64,000 bases of DNA from the human T2T-CHM13v2.0 reference genome, Homo sapiens, in the NCBI RefSeq assembly GCF_009914755.1, contig NC_060925.1; one strand, 5' to 3'. The translations under genes and the position numbers were made by a program. Positions 33,809-48,377 of this stretch are shown in pieces (positions within the stretch are counted from its first letter, which is position 1; the number at the start of each line of letters is the position of its first letter). Below the pieces are notes generated by a model that saw only the letters and a program-made list of their open reading frames with translations, searched no databases and had not been told where the DNA came from.

Positions 33809-35067
33809 GAACATGACTGTGGCTTCGTTAAATTGACACTCTGCTCTATTCAATGGAATTCTCAGAAAGAGTGACGTTTACCAAAATGCAAGATGCTAAT
33901 TAATGAAGGTCTTAAATTACTTGTTTGGCTCCTTGGTGTGCCTGACTGGTGTAGAAAAATCTGAGGATGACCTTCTGAATTCTGCTCTGAATTCTAAGTG
34001 GTCAGGAGATAAATGTAGCCTAGAGTCAGCCCCTGCATTGACCATTACCCCAAAATATACCAACACATGCTTGCCAGAGCTACTGTAGTTTAACTATTTA
34101 TGAATTTTGAGGACTTTTAATAGCCTAAGTATTTAAATATCATTACTTATTTAGAAACTGTTCCAATATATGCTTAGTCAACTATGTTAATATAGAGTTG
34201 TATGTATTGTATATAATACAGATATATATTTTGTTTAATATGGATAGTTTGTAGTGATTCATTAAGAGTTTGAATTATATATAGATCTGCCTCTTTTTTG
34301 CCTATCATGGGCAAGTTTCAATTTTCTTGTGTACAAGATGAGATTGACATTGATAATACCTTCCCTACCATCTTCAATATACCTTCAGGGATATTTTGAA
34401 GATCAAAGGAATTCTAGTATCTTGATACTACTTTATATGATGAAAGAGTCTATATAAATGTAGTATTAATATATTGGATGACTTATCAAGAAGACAAATA
34501 ACAAATGTTGGCAAGGGTATAGGGAAAATGAAACCCTTGTAAACTGTTGGTGGCAATATTTGTAAATTGGTACAGTTTCATGGCTGAACAATACTTCGTT
34601 GTATGGATATACTTTATTTTTGTGAAAATAGAAGTTCCTCAAGAAATTAAAAGTAGAACTACCATATGATTCAGCAATTTCTCTGTGAGCATAAACCCAA
34701 GGGAAATGAAATCAATATCTTGTAAAGATATCTGTAGCATTATTCACAATAGCTAAGATATGCAAACAACCTGTGTCTATTGATGAACACATCAACAAAA
34801 AAAGTGTTGTTTATGTAAAAACAAAAAAAATTTAAAATAAAATAAAATGCCTATCCATGCTTTTTGCCCATTTTCCCTCTATAGTGTATCTTTTTCTAGT
34901 TGATTACTTTAGGAGTTCCTTATATATTCTGGATTCTTCTAATCCTTTTAATTTACATGTGTTGCTAATACTTTCTTCCAGTTTGTGACATGTCTTTGCT
35001 TGCTTTTTTGAAGGAGTCCTTTGATGCACAGAGTTCTTAATTTTAGTGTAGTTAAAACATATTAATC

Positions 35068-35730
35068 TTTTCTTTTTTTGAGGCAAGGCTTCACTTTGTC
35101 ACCTAGACTGGAATGCAGAGTCGCAATTACAGCTCACTGCAGCCTTGAACTCGTGGGCTCCAACAGTCCTCTCACTTCTGCCTTCCTAGTAGCTGAGACT
35201 ACAGGTGCACACCACTACATGCAGCTAAGTTTTTTTTTTAATCGTTTTGTAGAGACGCAGTCTCACCATGTTGCCCAGGCTGGTCTCAAACTTGAGGGCT
35301 CAAGCGATCCTCTCACCTTGGCCTCCCAAAATCCTGGAATTTCAGGCTTGAGCCACCGTTCACAGGCCAACAGTATTTATCTTTTGTTTATAATTAGTGA
35401 TTTTTGTGTCTTGAGAAGTACATCCCACCTGGCGCAGTAGCTGATGCCTGTAATCCCAACACTCTGGGAGGCCGAAGCAGGGGGATTGCTTGAGCCCAGG
35501 AGTTCAAGACCAGCCTGGGCAGCATGGCAAGACCCCATCTCTACAAAAAGTACAAAAATTAGCTAGGTGTGGTGGCACATGACTGTAGTCTCAGCTGCTC
35601 TGGAGGCTGAGGTGGGAGGATCGCTTGAGCTTGGGTGGTTGAAGCTACACTGAGCCATGATTGCGCTACTGCACTCTAGCCTATGTGACAGAGCAAGACC
35701 TTGTCTCCAAAAATAAAAAAAGAAAAAAGA
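35068..35730. mobile_element. Head-to-head AluJ pair (minus 35068-35368; plus 35428-35730)
   Basis: Two dimers in opposite orientation. Confidence 0.9.
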
Positions 35731-35799
35731 AATACTTTACAATCCAAAGGTCCTAAAGGTAGTCTGCTATATTTCCTTCACATGTCTTGTCTTTTGCAA

Positions 35800-38295
35800 T
35801 TTTAAAAATTGAGATAGCAATCACATACGTTAAATTCACCCTTTTAAAGTGTAAAATTTAGTGATTTTTGGTATATTCAAAGTTCTGCAACTATTACCAC
35901 TAATTCCAGAACATTTACATCACCCCTTGCCAAAATAACCCTCACACCCATTAGCAATCACTCCGCATTCTGAATGTACCCCCACAGCCCTTGACAACCA
36001 CTAATCTAAACTATCTCCATAAATCTGTCTATTATAGACATTCATATACCTGGAATGATACAATATGTGGTCTCTTGTGACTGGCTTCTTCAGTTAGCTT
36101 CTTTCACTTATGTTCTCAAGGTTCATCTATATTACAGCGTGTATGGTATCAGTACTTCATTCTTTTTCATGGCTGAACAATACTTCATTGTATGGATATA
36201 CTTTACTTTTTGTTTATATACACATCAGTTGATAGACATTGTTAAAATAAAAATAAAAATGGGCGAGGTGTGGTGGCTCACACCTGTAATCTCAGCAGTT
36301 TGGGAGGCTGAGGCAGGAGAATCACTTGATCCCAGGAGTTGGAGACCAGCCTGAGCAACATGGCGAAACCCTGTCTCTACCAAAAATTTAAAAATTAGCA
36401 AGGCATGGTGGCATGTGCCTGTAGTCCCAGCTACTCGGGAGGCAGAGGTGGGAGGATTGCGTGAGCCCCAGGAGGTCAAGGTTGCAGTGAGCCGTGATCA
36501 CATCACTGCACTCCAGCCTGGGTAACACAGTGAGACCCTGTCTCAATAAATAAATAAAAATAGAGCCACAGTTTAGATTTCTCAAGGCCAAACTGCCCAT
36601 AGCAATGTAACTAAGACTTAATCCATCCTGATTTCCCCTAACCCTAAAGATAAACAAAACATAAAAGTAAGCTTTTTGTCTTTATCAATATGATTTCATG
36701 AAATTAAACGAATCAGCTATTGATAAATCAGCTTAAATAGCTCAACATGTCTTTAAAAAAATGACAGCCAGTCATGAAAAAAGTTACAATGTTGCTTCCT
36801 GTATGCTCTATAAACTGCTGTAATTGCTATAAAATGAGACCTGGCTGGGCTAGGTGGTTCATGCTTGTAATCTCAGCAATTTTGGAGGCCAAAACAAGAA
36901 TATTACTTGAGGCCAGGAGTTCAAGACTAGCCTGGGCCACATAGCAAGACCCTGTTTCTATTTATATAAATTTAAAAACATAATTTTTTTAAATTGAGAC
37001 TTCATGCTGTTTTCCAATTTGAGGTCTTTCCAGTTTGCAAACTGTTTCGTATGCACAATGAACTCTTAAAGTTATAACTTGATTTAATTTTGACATTTGT
37101 GTTGTTTCCACTTTTTGGATCATGAATAATGCTGCCATGAACATTCATGTACAAGCTTGAGTGTGGACATGTTTTCATTTCTCTTCTGTGAATATCTAGG
37201 AGTAGAATTGCTATTTATAGGTTACATGGTAATACTATGTTTAACTTTTTGAGGAACTGCCAGAATATTTTCAAAAGGGGCTCCAACAACATTACATTTG
37301 TACTAGCGCAGCGTATGAAGTTTCTGGTTTCTTCACATCCTTACCAACAGTGGTTACTGCCTGTCTTTTTGTACAGCCATCCTAGTGGGTGAGAAGTAGT
37401 ATTTCATGGTGGTTTTGATTTGCATTCCCTTAATAATTAATGACACCGAGCAACTTTTCATGTGCTTATTGGCCATTTGTATATCTTTGCAGAAATGCCT
37501 ATTCAAATCCTTTGCTTGTGTCTTTTTGTTTATAACTTTTTTTTTTTGAGACAGGGTGGTGGTCTTGCTCTGTCATCCAGGCTGGAGTGCAGTGTTGGAA
37601 TCATAGCTCACTGCAGCTTCCAGCTTGTGGGCTCATGCTCAAGCAATCCTCCTGCCTCAGCCTCTCAAGTAGCTGGGACGATAGGCACATGCTAACATGC
37701 CTGGCTAATTTATTATTTTTTGTAGAGGCAGGGTCTCACTATGTTGCCCAGGCTGGTCTTGAACTTCTGGGCCCAAATGACCGGCGCACCCAGGCTTTTG
37801 CTTAACTTCAAAGAGTTCTTTATATATTCTGGATCCTAGACTCTTACCAAATAAATGATTTATTTATTTATTTATTTATTGTTTAAAATTTTTTGTAGAG
37901 ACGGGGTCTCTCTGTGGTGCTCAGGCTGGTCTCAAACTCTTGACCCCAAGAGATTCTCCTGCCCTCGCCTCCCAAAGTGCCAGGAATACAGGGATGCATT
38001 ACCACACCTGGCCCACATACATGATTTTTAAATATTTTCTCCCATTCTGTGGTTTGTCCTCCCACTTTCTTCATAGTGGTGTATGAATTTGGTGTAAACA
38101 AAAATAAAATAAATTTGGTGTAAACAAAAATAAAATAAAATAGTCTCCAAAGCACAAAAGTTTTTAATTTTAATTAAATTGAAGTTCAATTTATCTAATT
38201 TTCTCTTTAGCTGCTTGGGCTTTTGGTATCATAATACAGAAAAAATGGGCTAATCCAAAGTCATGACAAAATACATCTAAGTTTTATTCTGAGAG
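35800..38295 (-). mobile_element. L1MB-like element interrupted by Alus (36260-36560 plus; 37537-37800 minus; 37860-38013 minus) and a possible LTR (about 36240-37095)
   Basis: Collinear L1M 3' motifs on both sides of each insert. Confidence 0.7.
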
Positions 38296-41098
<2,803 letters not shown>

Positions 41099-41353
41099 TC
41101 ATCATTAAGATGATATCAAAATTAAGGTGTTGTTTTTGCCTGTCCTATCTTATGTCTTTTTTCTTTCTTGTAAAATCTGTCTAGGACTTCTACCATCTGT
41201 TTAAAAAAAGCCATAATAGTGGGCATTCTTATCTTGTTAATAATATTAAAAGGAAGGAGCCTAATATTTTACTACTAAACATGATGTTTGCTTGACTCCC
41301 AGTAGGGCCGAAAAAGAAAATGAAGTTTGCTGTTGAATTTTTTAGATGCCATT

Positions 41354-41731
41354 TGTTATGGTTTGGCTCTGTGTCCCCACCCAAATCTCATGTCAAGTTG
41401 TAATCCCCAAGTGTCAGGGGAGGGACCTGGTAGGAGGTGATTGGATCATGGAGAAATCCCTTGCTGTTCTTGTGATAGTGTGTTCTCACAAGATCTGGTT
41501 GTTGAAAAGTGTGTGGCACTTAAAAGTGTGTACCTCGCCCCCATCTCCTCTCTCTTTCTCTCCTGCCACCATGTAAGTACATGCCTTGCTTCCCCTTTGC
41601 CTTCTGCTATGATTATAAGTTTTCTGAGGCCTCCCCAGCCATGCAGAACTGTGAGTGAATGAAATCTCTTTTCTTTATAAATTACCCAGTTTCAGGTAGT
41701 TCTTTATAGCCATGTGAAATGGACTAATATA
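41354..41731 (+). mobile_element. MST (MaLR) solo LTR
   Basis: tgttatggtttggctctgtgtccccacccaaatctc...ggactaata; 5-bp TSD ccatt (41349-41353, 41732-41736). Confidence 0.9.
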
Positions 41732-42119
41732 CCATTAATAACACTAAGAGAGTTTTATCCCTAGCTTTGCTTGATTTTGTTTCATCATAAATGGATCTTT
41801 TTTTTTTTTCCAATCCTTTTTCTGCATCTATTGGTGTGATCTTAGGTTTTTGATACATCAGCATATTTTTCCAATTTTAAATTGATCTTCAATCCCAACT
41901 TGGTTATAATGTGTTGTATTTTACAAACATTGTTGAATTTGATTGTAAATATTTTGACTGAGACTGGTGCATCTAAATTATAAATAAAGTTGACCTATAA
42001 TTTTTCTTCCCCAAGTTGTCTTTGGTTTTGGCATCAAGATCATACTAGCCTTATAAAATGTACTGGGGAGGTCTATTTCATGAGTTCTGGAGGGAAACAT
42101 GTATAATAACTGAAGGTTT

Positions 42120-42220
42120 TATATATATATATATATCTGTGTATATATATCTGTATATATATCTTATGTATATATATATCTGTATATATATGTACATGGC
42201 CAATTATGTATGTATATAAT
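42120..42220. repeat. Degenerate (TA)n tract
   Basis: Seen directly in the sequence. Confidence 0.9.
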
Positions 42221-43740
42221 TGCCCTTAGATCAAGTTTATTAGTTATTTTATTAGTTGTCTTGTCTTTCCTAAATTTTCATTTGCTTGATCTATAAATAA
42301 GTGAGCTAAAACTTCACAATATGGTAGTGGATTCACCAGTTTCTTCAATTTCTGACTTACATACTTTGAAGCTATTTATTACACACAAAGGTTTGAATAA
42401 CTATTTTCCTGGGGAACACAATTTTTTATTATTTTGTAGTGACTCTTTTTGGTCAATGATAATGCTTTTTGTATTAAAGTCTAATTTAATACAAAATACA
42501 GGTATACCACGAATATAGGTATACCACCTTTCTTTTTGTTGGCATTTATACGGCGTCTCTTTTCCATCTTTTTATTTTCAACTCCTCACGATCCTTAATG
42601 TTTTTGGTGCATCTCTTGTAAATGGCACTTTTTTTTTTCAACCAATCTCTGGCTTTTTTATTTTTTAAACTTGTGGGTATGTGTCATCCAACAATCTCTG
42701 GCTTTTCATCAGAAAGTTTATTTACTTTCATTGTTACTATTGATATATATGAATTTATTTCTATTTTGTTACTTTAGTGCTTTCTTTTCATCCTCTTTTT
42801 TTTTAATGCTCATTATGATATTAGGTTTTTGTTCATTTAATCTGTGTTTTCCTGTTAGTCCATTTTTTCCTTTGGCTGGATTAGAAGTTATACACTTTCA
42901 TGGTTATCCTTGAAACTTTACCTTGCGTACTTAAAGACTTGAATTATGTCAACTCTATTAATTGATATCTTAACTACAAAGAGAGACCTTAGAATTCTTT
43001 AACTTTGTCATCCACCTCTCGTCTTACATACTTTTGTTGTCTGGTGTTATTTCATGTAATGTTTGCTCAGATTCAACTATGTGTTTACAATTTCTTTGCC
43101 CATCACTTCTATCTCAGACTCTCCTTCTGAAGTAATTTTTCTTTCTGAAGTACATCTTTTAGAACTTCCTTTAAAAAGTGTAGGTAGATGTTAAATTCAG
43201 TTTCCATGTACCTGGAAATTATTTTATTTCTATACTTTAATTCTTGAAAGATAATTTTGCTGAGTGCCCAATTCTAGGTTGATGGTTATTTTCTGCCAGC
43301 ATTCTGAATGTACAATTCTACTCTTTCTGACTTCCATTGTTTTATTGAGGAATCAATTATTGGTCTGTCATTTGTCATTAAAATAACCAAGGATTTAACC
43401 CAACTCTGCCACTTTATTGTTCTGTCATCTTGGCAGGTCACTTCCAATTCCCTAGGCCTCAGTCCTTCATTAACCAAAGAGAGATAAGAGCACCAACCTC
43501 ACAGCTTTGTTATGAACATTAAGAGAGATCATGTATATGAAAGCACTACACAAGTGCTTATTATTACCACAATTAGCTCATCTCTACATTATATTACTGT
43601 CTTGTTCTTTTCCCCCTACCACTGGAAATAGTTAGAATGGGGCAAATGGGTCATAGCTAGGAATTCATAGCCAAAATTAGAAATAAAAAGGCGAGGCTTC
43701 TTCTGGGAATGTTAAGTTTCTGTAATAAGAATCTAAGATG

Positions 43741-44835
43741 TGTTGCGGGAAGTCAGGGACCCCGAACGGAGGGACCGGCTGGAGCCACGGCAGAGGAACA
43801 TAAATTGTGAAGATTTCATGGACATTTATCAGTTCCCAAATAATACTTTTATAATTTCTTATGCCTGTCTTTACTTTAATCTCTTAATCCTGTTATCTTC
43901 GTAAGCTGAGGATGTACATCACCTCAGGACCACTGTGATAATTGTGTTAACTGTACAAGTTGATTGTAAAACATCTGTGTTTGAACAATATGAAATCAGT
44001 GCACCTTGAATAAGAACAGAATAACAGCAATTTTTAGGGAACAAAGGAAGACAACCATAAGGTCTGACTGCCTGTGGGGTTGGGCAAAAACAGCCATATT
44101 TTTCTTCTTGCAGAGAGCCTATAAATGGATGTGCAAGTAGGAGAGATATTGCTAAATTCTTTTACTAGCAAGGAATATAAATATTAATACCCTGGGAAAG
44201 GAATGCATTCCTGTGGGGAGGTCTATAAACAGCCGCTCTGGGAATGTCTGTCTTACGCGGTTGAGATAAGGACTGAGATACGCCCTGGTCTCCTGCAGTA
44301 CCCTCAGGCTTACTAGGGTGGGGAAAAACTCCGCCCTGGTAAATTTGTGGTCACACCAGTTCTCTGCTCTTGAACCCTGTTTTCTGTTATTTAAGATGTT
44401 TATTAAGACAATATGTGCACTGCTGAACATAGACCCTTATCAGTAGCTCTGCTTTTGCCCTTTGCCTTGTGATCTTTGTTGGACTCTTATAAGTAGTTCT
44501 GCTTTTGCCCTTTGTCCTGTTCCCTCAGAAGCATGTGATCTTTGTTAGACCCTTACTAGTAGTTCTGCTTTTTGCCTTTTGAAGCATGTGATCTTTGTAC
44601 TTTTGTACCTACTCCCTGTTCTTACACCCCCTCCCCTTTTGAAACCCTTAATAAAAACTTGCTGGTCTGAGACTCAGGCGGGCATCATGGTCCTACCAAT
44701 ATGTGATGTCACCCCCGGTGGCTCAGCTGTAAAATTCCTCTCTTTATACTGTCTCTCTTTATTTCTCAGCTGGCCAACACTTATGGAAAATAGAAAGAAC
44801 CTACGTTGAAATATTGGGGGCGGGTTCCCCCAATA
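43741..44835 (+). mobile_element. MER11 solo LTR (HERV-K11/HML-8)
   Basis: Starts TGTTGCGGGAAGTCAGGGACCCCGAACGGAGGGACC and ends GGTTCCCCCAATA; 6-bp TSD aagatg (43735-43740, 44836-44841); internal tandem repeats at about 44431-44600. Confidence 0.92.
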
Positions 44836-46140
44836 AAGATGTCAGATAGGGGTACAGCTTTTTTATATTCCATCCCTACCATCATTGCCTTACTTCAACT
44901 TCTGATTATTTCTTGCTGGATAATTGTATCATTAGCATTTCTCCCTTCAGGCTCTTAAGCCTCTTATTCACCCTTCTCCTACTGCCAAAGCCTTCATTTT
45001 AAAATGCAAGTATCATTACTTCTCTGATTAATATCTTACGGCAAATTCCAGATTTGGTTAAGTACATAGTCTGTGTGTTCCCTAAAACATTCTCTGTCGC
45101 AAAGCAGCAGAGCGTTGGGATTACCAGACAGTGGTGTTCACATCAGACCACCCAGGTTCACATCTCAGTCTTCTAGTTAAAATTGTGTGACCTTGTAGCA
45201 AATTGTTTAACACAGGAAGCTGTAAAACAGTAAAAACAGTAAGTACTTTATCATGTTATGAATGCATGCAGCGCACAACACCTAAGTGCTCAATAAGTGT
45301 TGCCTGTTATTGTTACAGTATATTATTAATATATTGTAATTGTCCCCATAATAAACTCTAAATACAGTATATGTTAATTATTATTGAGGATGACATTGTA
45401 ATTGATTACGTCTCAGTCTCTCCATTATACCTCCAATAACTTCGGGGGTAGAAGCTGAATTACTCTTTTTTGCTTCCCTAGAGGTTTACATATTATTTGG
45501 TACTCAATTATGTAGGAACTGAGCCACAGGCAGAACCAAGAAGCTGGCTATTGCTTCTGCCCTCGCCTGAGGTGAATTATTAGCTGCACTGTTCCTGGGA
45601 GTCAAGAGCTTGCACTCACTCTCAAGCAAAATGGCATAACTTTGGCTTTTCAGAATATTAAACTAGTGATTCTGCCTTGCCCGCCTCTCAAATAAATGGT
45701 GTGTCACCCTAGAAACAAAGATAACACACTCCGCATACACAAACACGCACACCGCAAGGAACCAAAGGCCAAGAGTATCAATGTACCAGGGCGCACACAC
45801 TTCGAGAGACAGGTTCGGTGCATCGCAGGATCCCAATCTTTCTTGCATCTTCAGCTCTAAAAGTCGGCACCTCGGGGTATGCCAGGATCCTCGAGAAAAC
45901 AGATATAAACACATATTTACCCACAAAACAGAGATAAAGCACAAGCCTGCGGGATAACTGGAGGAGTTATCTTACAGTTGAGACTTTCTGCAACCTGCAG
46001 ATTTTGCCGTGCCCAGGGCACAAGTTTTTCAGGGCTCCTGGGCACCCCCGCGACCGTCATCTCACTTCCCCGGCAGCTTCCTCGCCCCGACCGCAGTGTT
46101 CCCAGCGCGGCTCCTTTAAGCCGAGCTACGCGCATGCGCA
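44700..46140 (-). ncRNA. RTCA-AS1: Probable divergent lncRNA from the RTCA promoter (RTCA-AS1); limits approximate
   Basis: Based on recalled annotation plus the symmetric NRF1/CpG promoter; the exon structure cannot be derived from the sequence. Confidence 0.4.
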
Positions 46141-46348
46141 CTGACTGCGGAACTGGGCGAACCCGGGGGTTCGTTTCTGCTGACTCCAGTGTCCCGAGAG
46201 GCGCCGCTTCTTCCGCTTTCTCGTCAGGCTCCTGCAACCCCAGGCATGAACCAAGGTTTCTGAACTACTGGGCGGGAGCCAACGTCTCTTCTTTCTCCCG
46301 CTCTGGCGGAGGCTTTGTCGCTGCGGGCTGGGCCCCAGGGTGTCCCCC

Positions 46349-46393
46349 ATGGCGGGGCCGCGGGTGGAGGTCGATGGCAGCATCATGGAAGGG
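46349..46393 (+). CDS. RTCA: RTCA coding exon 1 (MAGPRVEVDGSIMEG)
   Basis: ATG at 46349; 45 nt; donor GGG|GTGAGT; DGS..EGGGQ is the RNA 3'-phosphate cyclase N-terminal signature. Confidence 0.97.
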
Positions 46394-46430
46394 GTGAGTA
46401 CAGAGCGAAGCGGCCGGGGCTGCAGCCTAA

Positions 46431-46598
<168 letters not shown>

Positions 46599-47391
46599 TA
46601 AATCTGGCTGGAGGGGGAGTTGGGCCGTGAAGCTGGGGGATCGGGGGGTCGGGCTGCCGGGCTGGGGCATCGGGAGTCCGAGTGGTGGAACCCAGAAGGT
46701 CCCAGACGCAGGTATGGGCGATCCAGGGCGGGGCACTCTGCCTGGGCGGTGGCCTGGGTTGTAAAGTCTTGAAAGCCTGGAGGGGTGAGTTTAGAAATGG
46801 TCTCGAGTTTTCTCTGTTTGACTAAATAGTGTCATTTGCTGAAGAGCTAGCTTTTAAAATGTTTTCCCACCTCACCGGGCATTCCAAATATCCGAACAGC
46901 ACGTATGAGCTGGCAAGATAGATAGGGCAGAAATGCTTGTGAGGCCAGAGGAAACCCTGTTTTATAACCAGTGCATTCTGGTTCTGCTGTCAGTTTTAGA
47001 ATCATAAAACAGGAAAGAATCCTGAGATGTGTTATCCCAGCCTTCATTCATACCTCCAGAGAGCTGTTATGACCAGAATTATCTGTTGTGGAGAGGGGAA
47101 CACCTTGACATTTGACCTTATTTCTTCTGTCTGGGTAGCTGGGCATGCCACTAGTTGAGCTTCAGGTACATGCACCTGCTAGAAGAGGACCCAGGTTTGA
47201 AGCCACACTGATTGCTTTGTATGTATTCTGTATTTATTACATTTTAATAAATCAGCGGTCTCAGTCTTTTGTCTACAGTTTTGAAATTACCAAAAGGCAA
47301 TTACTGATATGTTAATGTTAATTGCCTTTGTCATAGTTTGCAGCCCTCCAGTTCACCAACAGGGGAATCCAATTCATTAGGCTGTAGGTGT

Positions 47392-47788
47392 TGTATTAGT
47401 TTGCTAGGGCTGCCATAACAAAATGCCACACACAGAGTGGAGCTTAAACAACAGAAATTTATTTCCTCACAGTTCTGGAGGCTGGAAGTCCAAGATCAAG
47501 GTCCTGACAAGGTTGGTTTCCTCTGAGAGCCATGAGAAAAGGATCTGCTCCAGGCCTGTCTTTTTGCCTCTTCACATGGTGGTTCCTCTGTGTACCTTGC
47601 CCCTAGCGTCTCTGTATGTTCTAGTTTTTTTTTTTTTTTATAAGGACACCAGTAAGATTGTATGGTGGCCTTATTTTAACTTAATTATCTCTTTAAAGGC
47701 TCTATCTCCAAATATAGTCACATTCTGAGATACGGAGGGTTACAGTCTCAGCATATTAATTTAGGGGGAACATAGTTCAGCCCATACA
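47392..47788 (-). mobile_element. MLT1 (A/B-like) MaLR solo LTR in RTCA intron 2
   Basis: tgtattagtttgctagggctgccataacaaa...ttcagcccataca; decayed 5-bp TSD ggtgt/ggcac. Confidence 0.9.
47473..47511 (+). CDS. RTCA: RTCA alternative in-frame cassette exon (SSGGWKSKIKVLT), derived from an MLT1 LTR
   Basis: 39 nt; acceptor tttatttcctcacAG; donor AAG|GTTGGT; phase 2-2 matches intron 2; no stop codon. Matches my recollection of a longer RTCA isoform with 13 extra residues. Confidence 0.75.
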
Positions 47789-48123
47789 GGCACCATAGAT
47801 TGTTCAGTCAAGTGCAAGCGAGACTGGTGGCACTGAAATAACTATTAGTTTTCTTCTTTAGCACACTTCTAATTTGCAGCAATATATCAGGGTATGTATT
47901 TATAGTCAGAAATAACTGGTCTGCAAGGAAGTGTTAAAATGATACATACTAGCAGGTAGTCTAGGTGCACAAAAACCCAAAAGGAAGCTGACACTGAAGA
48001 TGTGGCACTTACTGTGGTTAGACCTTGCTGTTTTCTTGCCATTGCAGTTTTATAAATTTGTCATAAAATGTGGGGATGTAGGCAGTCTGAATGCACACGT
48101 TTTGATGCAGTATTATGACCTGA

Positions 48124-48297
<174 letters not shown>

Positions 48298-48377
48298 TAA
48301 CCTGGGTTTAAGTCCAGGTTTTGCCACTTTCTGGGCAAGTTGCTTAATGTCTATGAGCTTGTTTCCCTACTTTTATG

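Noticed and set aside
44431-44600. Repeated units resembling a CRISPR-like array
   Set aside because: Degenerate tandem repeat internal to the MER11 LTR; no unique spacers; eukaryotic context.
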